Source of the DNA: Planctomycetota bacterium
GTDB lineage: Bacteria > Planctomycetota > Brocadiia > Brocadiales > Bathyanammoxibiaceae
Direction: 5' to 3'
Assembly (NCBI GenBank): GCA_023261505.1
Contig: JAHFOV010000005.1
Location: forward strand, 6,322 to 60,691
Length of the DNA stretch: 54,370 nt
In this document: positions 50,418 to 54,370 of the stretch, in pieces
Layout: the number at the start of each line of letters is the position of its first letter
Position numbering within the stretch: the stretch's first letter is position 1
Position numbers and translations under genes: made by a program
The notes under the pieces: model-generated
What the model saw: the letters and a program-made list of their open reading frames with translations, nothing else
Database searches by the model: none
Told to the model about the DNA's origin: nothing

Positions 50418-51143
50418 CTAACCATTCCCTGAGTCCAGCCAGCCCTTCTTCCATTTCGTTAGGATAAACCACTGCACTATTATGCAGGCGGAAAATATAC
50501 CTATTAAGTAAAACCATACATCAAAAGCCCCTTTAATCTTTATCTCTTTGACTAACTCGCAGGCACACCATAAAAGTAAGACTGTAGAATAGGTATTTTG
50601 CTCTTTCCTGAAGAAACGCTTCCACGACCACTTTTCCCACGGAATTGCCTTGTACTGATTTGACTTGAAAGAAAGAAAGAATCTGGGCACGGTTTCCCTA
50701 TACTTATCGTATTCCGCTTCAAATGTTTTGCTAAGAAATTTTTCTTCACTGGCTACTACGGCGTATGTAATGAGCCAAAAACCTAAAACACTTACCACTG
50801 CTAGATATAAATTAGAAAATACAGCAGCGAATCCCAGGCAGATAAAAAAGTTGCCCAGGTACCTGGGATTTCTGGTATAGGCGTATGCACCTGAAACAAG
50901 GAGTCTTCTTGTCTTTGTTTCTTCATTTCCATTACGGACCCCTCGGCTTCCAGCCGCTATTGCCACAGCCCTAATCGCTTCTCCCATTAAAATAGAAATC
51001 AACCCCGCCAGGTCTACGAGCCTCTCTATTGTCATACTTCCAAGGACGAATTTGTCTCTCATGTAGAAAAAGGCAATGATAAGAAAAGGTAAGGGCAATA
51101 TACCTCTGAATTTGTCGAGACCCTTGAGCCTCTTTAATGTCAT
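50418..51143 (-). CDS. Isoprenylcysteine carboxylmethyltransferase / PEMT-family membrane protein
   Basis: LLVSGAYAYTRNPRYLG...EEKFL...Y..Y...VPRF. Confidence 0.82.
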   Translation of the reverse strand: MTLKRLKGLDKFRGILPLPFLIIAFFYMRDKFVLGSMTIERLVDLAGLISILMGEAIRAVAIAAGSRGVRNGNEETKTRRLLVSGAYAYTRNPRYLGNFFICLGFAAVFSNLYLAVVSVLGFWLITYAVVASEEKFLSKTFEAEYDKYRETVPRFFLSFKSNQYKAIPWEKWSWKRFFRKEQNTYSTVLLLWCACELVKEIKIKGAFDVWFYLIGIFSACIIVQWFILTKWKKGWLDSGNG

Positions 51144-51238
51144 AAAATTGTCTCTTAATTTAAAAAGGATTTTATTAAATCATGAAGGCCTTGGTATGTA
51201 ATCTATCCTGATGTTTATTTTGCTATTTATTAAAAAAA

Positions 51239-52606
51239 CTACTCTGTTGCCCCTACTTTATAGCCCTTTCTTCCGAGGAGGGCGAAGGTATTGACCTTTC
51301 CAGCCTCCACTCCAGGCTGGTCAAAGGGATTTATACCGAAGAGTTTTCCAGCCAGGGCCGTTTGAACCTGGAACATGTAGAGGAGTCCCCCTACATGGAA
51401 GGCCGTGATTTCAGGGAGGTATATAGTGTAGTTAGGGCGTCCTGCCTGGGTAAGGGCTAGTTCTGTCCCTCTACGTTCTGCCTCCATAAGCCCTGCCAGG
51501 GTATGTCCAGAAAGATATTCAAAATCCGTTTCAGGGGATAGGGGGATTTTCACCCTTGATTTAAACTTATCGACTGCCAGGAAGGTTATGACCTTATCAA
51601 AAGGTCCTTCCATGTAGAGCTGGAGCTGAGAGTGCTGGTCGGTGGGTCCCACAGCTTTTACGGGTGTGGGACCGCAGTGAATAATTTTACCTTTAACGGA
51701 GAACTTCTTGCCCAGGCTCTCAGCCCAGAGCTGGCAAAACCATTCTCCAACAGCCTTCAGGGCCGCTGAGTAGGGCATTAGCACCGTAATATGTTTACCT
51801 TTTTTGTAGCTTAAGTATTGAAGGCAGGCCCCAAGCACGGCAGGATTTTCTTCTACAGTCTCTTTTTGGCACTGGAGATCCATCTCCGCCGCGCCTGCAA
51901 GGAGTGCATTAATATCGATACCGCTCACGGCCGCAGAAAGTAGACCCACAGGGCTAAGAACTGAATATCTACCACCTACCCCTTTAGGAATACACAGCTT
52001 TTCATAACCCTCCTTTGCTGCCAGCCTTCTCAAGGCCCCGTCTTCAGGGTCTGTAGTGGTTATGATATGCTTTGTGTAGGCGTTCCCCAGGCTTTTCTTC
52101 AGCATCTCCTTGACTATTAAAAACTGGGCCACGGTCTCCACTGTGGCACCAGATTTAGAAATAACATTGAAGACAGTTTGCTTCAGGTCAAGGGTCTCAA
52201 GCAACCCGGCAAAAAGGTCTGGGTCTATAGTGTCTATAACATGAATTCTAGGCGTAGGGGCGTATCGCAATACGCCCCTACTTTTCCCCTCCTGGCTGTG
52301 ATAGGGTGGGTTAAGAGCCTGATGCAGGGCTATATTACCGAGCGCAGAACCCCCAATACCCAGCACTACAAAATCTGTCATCCAAGACCTTAATTCATCG
52401 GCAAGTTTTTTTATCTTTTCAGCAACTTCCTTTTGATAAGGCAGGTCCAGGAATTGATGCTGTCCGTTAGACCTCTCCTCCTTCAGCTCCTGGAGGTAGC
52501 GTAGGGCCTGCCTTCCTGGCTTTTGCAACTCAGCGGGGGTCGCGCCGTGCCTGCCCACGGTATCCCTGAGCATATTTCTAAAATCAAGCCGTAGTATTTC
52601 TTTCAT
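51239..52606 (-). CDS. pgi: Glucose-6-phosphate isomerase
   Basis: GIGGSALG, ISKSG.T.ET, GGRYSVLS, QLWAESLGK, DQHSQLQLY, PFDQPGVE.GK. ATG 52606; the ORF-track extension upstream is repeat-derived. Confidence 0.95.
   Translation of the reverse strand: MKEILRLDFRNMLRDTVGRHGATPAELQKPGRQALRYLQELKEERSNGQHQFLDLPYQKEVAEKIKKLADELRSWMTDFVVLGIGGSALGNIALHQALNPPYHSQEGKSRGVLRYAPTPRIHVIDTIDPDLFAGLLETLDLKQTVFNVISKSGATVETVAQFLIVKEMLKKSLGNAYTKHIITTTDPEDGALRRLAAKEGYEKLCIPKGVGGRYSVLSPVGLLSAAVSGIDINALLAGAAEMDLQCQKETVEENPAVLGACLQYLSYKKGKHITVLMPYSAALKAVGEWFCQLWAESLGKKFSVKGKIIHCGPTPVKAVGPTDQHSQLQLYMEGPFDKVITFLAVDKFKSRVKIPLSPETDFEYLSGHTLAGLMEAERRGTELALTQAGRPNYTIYLPEITAFHVGGLLYMFQVQTALAGKLFGINPFDQPGVEAGKVNTFALLGRKGYKVGATE
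52254..52281. repeat. GTAG-type REP, in frame in pgi
   Basis: GTAGGGGCGTATCGCAATACGCCCCTAC; encodes RGVLRYAPT. Confidence 0.82.
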
Positions 52607-52617
52607 ATCAGAAAAGC

Positions 52618-52671
52618 GTAGCCGCAGGTCATGCCAGAGGCAGATTCGCCTATGGCGAACTTTAGCCTGCG
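52618..52671. repeat. Family B REP with a 31-bp insert (intermediate nesting state)
   Basis: GTAGCCGCAGG[TCATGCCAGAGGCAGATTCGCCTATGGCGAA]CTTTAGCCTGCG; degenerate REPs follow to about 52780. Confidence 0.88.
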
Positions 52672-53184
52672 TGGTGCAATAATGCAGCAAACCTAAAGGT
52701 TCGCCCTACCTTGCAAAATGTAGGGCAAGGCTTTACTTTTGACCGTAAAACTGTAGCCGAAAGCTTTAGTCCGCGTGCGCCAAGAAAAGAAGATAATGAA
52801 AGGAGGGCTAATAGTCAAGAGGCTGAAGCATAAACTCGAAAGATAACCATGATATCTTACCTAAAGTGTTACCCATGTCCATATACTCCACAAAATACCA
52901 ACATTTTTTTCTTGGCTTTCTAGAGAAAAGTTGTATATATACAGCTTTAGAGTGCCCTCTTAGCACGCTTTGGACAGACCTACTAGGAAAAGATAGGGGG
53001 CGTTAGCCAGGCGTTTAACGGCGTCCGCCTCATACGGATGGCGGGCCGATTAGTGGGATAAAGCAGAAATCCCGCACCAGAAGTCTAGAGGTGGGGTATG
53101 GGGGTTATTTTGATTAACCTCTAGTCCCTATCCCCTAATCTCTGGCCCCTTACTCAATTGTTTATTAACCTGGAGGTCTGTCTT

Positions 53185-54370
53185 ATGAAGTCAACGACAA
53201 GGCAAGTATCCCGCATCCTATTTCCTTCACTTCTTATCCTGATGATTTGCCTGGGCCAGGCTCTGGCCCAGAGTTCTCCCACAGAGCCACAAAAAACCGA
53301 GGTCATAAATTACCTGGGCAACCTCCCCGCCTTCTTCATTGAGAACCAGGGCCAGACGGCCGAAGAAGTAAGATATTACTTCAAGGGAAAAGACTCTGTA
53401 TATTTCACAGAGGAGGGCGTTGTTTTTCAAAAGGCGGGGGCTAGGGCTCGTGAACTAGGGGCCAGTGCCGATGTAGGGGCATCCGCCTCAGGCGGACTCG
53501 TGCCCCTACACGATGGCGGGGGAGAAAACGTCCCAGACGAACCGACACGCTACACTTCCCAAGATGCAAGGGGGGAGGGTGAACATACCCAATCCCTGTC
53601 CTATCATCTAGAATTTGTGGGCGCCAACCCCACCTCCCCTCAGGCAAGAAACGCCCTGGAGGGTAAGGTGAATTACTTTATTGGCAATGACCCCTCCAAA
53701 TGGCATAGCGATATTTCTACCTATCAGGAGATTCTTTATCCCAGACTTTACGAGGGAATAGATGCAGTATACAAAGGCGTCCCTGGCGGGATGAAGTATG
53801 AGTTCATAGTCCACCCCGGGACCAATCCTGAGGACATAAAACTGGCCTACACAGGGATAGAGGGCCTCAGCCTAGATGAATCAGGCAATTTAATAATCCA
53901 TACTGCCCTGGGAGAGGTAAAGGACGAGAAGCCCTATACCTATCAGGAGATAGATGGAAGACAGGTGGAGGTAGAGTGCAAATTTGCAATCCAGTCTAGT
54001 TGTCATGCTGAGCGAAGCGAAGCATCTAGATTCTTCGCTAACGCTCAGAATGACAGATTACTTGACGCAGAGGCAAGAGCAGTCGGTGAAAGAAAATTCG
54101 TCTACGGTTTTGAGGTCACTTCCTACGACCCGCGCTACCCCCTCATCATAGACCCAGGCCTGGTGTACTCTACCTTCCTCGGGGGGAGTAATAACGATGG
54201 GGGCATTGCCATAGCCGTGGACTCCTCAGGTAATGCCTATGTGACGGGATATACTAACTCAAGCGGCTTCCCCACCACCCCGGGGGCGTTTGATGTAACC
54301 CTTGGAGGGGGAGGGAATGCCTTTGTGACCAAGCTGAATCCTACAGGCTCAGGCCTTATCTACTCCACCT
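53185..54370 (+). CDS. Secreted SBBP-repeat (beta-propeller) surface protein, 5' part, runs off the window
   Basis: Not in the ORF track. GGAGG RBS, signal peptide, FIENQGQ, VNYFIGNDPSKW, KYEFIVHPG, LIIDPGLVYSTFLGG, IAVDSSGNAYVTG; open to the edge. Confidence 0.9.
   Translation, partial: MKSTTRQVSRILFPSLLILMICLGQALAQSSPTEPQKTEVINYLGNLPAFFIENQGQTAEEVRYYFKGKDSVYFTEEGVVFQKAGARARELGASADVGASASGGLVPLHDGGGENVPDEPTRYTSQDARGEGEHTQSLSYHLEFVGANPTSPQARNALEGKVNYFIGNDPSKWHSDISTYQEILYPRLYEGIDAVYKGVPGGMKYEFIVHPGTNPEDIKLAYTGIEGLSLDESGNLIIHTALGEVKDEKPYTYQEIDGRQVEVECKFAIQSSCHAERSEASRFFANAQNDRLLDAEARAVGERKFVYGFEVTSYDPRYPLIIDPGLVYSTFLGGSNNDGGIAIAVDSSGNAYVTGYTNSSGFPTTPGAFDVTLGGGGNAFVTKLNPTGSGLIYST
54001..54055. 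repeat. GTCAT.CTGAG-type REP, in frame in the SBBP gene
   Basis: TGTCATGCTGAGCG...CGCTCAGAATGACA; encodes CHAERSEASRFFANAQND. Confidence 0.82.

Noticed and set aside
52607-52690. 28-aa N-terminal extension of Pgi in the ORF track
   Set aside because: Largely REP-derived; ATG 52606 gives a normal Pgi N-terminus.
52950-53085. Possible c-di-GMP-I riboswitch upstream of the SBBP gene
   Set aside because: Only a loose resemblance; the GCAAAC and GACGCAAAGC cores are absent, and part of the region is a repeat module. An Rfam scan would decide.
572-53814. Numerous antisense or alternate-frame ORFs overlapping recognised genes (e.g. 19456-20175, 24792-25457, 28382-29002, 40124-40750)
   Set aside because: Shadow ORFs of well-supported genes, with no recognisable motifs.

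Overview
Gene-dense bacterial chromosomal window of about 47 CDS, mostly housekeeping genes: lysS, valS, ilvE, lysC, cimA, proC, lspA, rnpA, lpxB, accBC, guaB, priA, pgi and a divergent dnaA. Gene content suggests an anaerobic Planctomycetota, possibly an anammox-related Brocadiia; this is inference only. The main unexplained structure is a dense set of short repeats. (1) Several unrelated REP-like palindrome families are inserted in frame in at least 8 intact genes. (2) 14-21 bp hairpin modules are inserted without target duplication into REPs and into each other, and the empty, 31-bp and 87-89-bp states are all present in this window. (3) Many sequence-unrelated 7-nt-period tandem arrays are arranged as inverted arms at gene boundaries. 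Other highlights: an acpS / B12-radical SAM / active KS / inactive KS (CLF-like) / FadH / FabG lipid cluster resembling candidate ladderane loci; an intact IS1634-derived gene with no recognisable catalytic residues and a structured leader; two candidate structured ncRNAs, one 6S-like; a eukaryote-type IMPDH; and an Rh50 channel. Three genes missing from the ORF track were added: a partial PabB-like gene, a HicB-like gene and a partial SBBP protein. No rRNA, tRNA or CRISPR array was seen. All calls are by eye, with no database searches.
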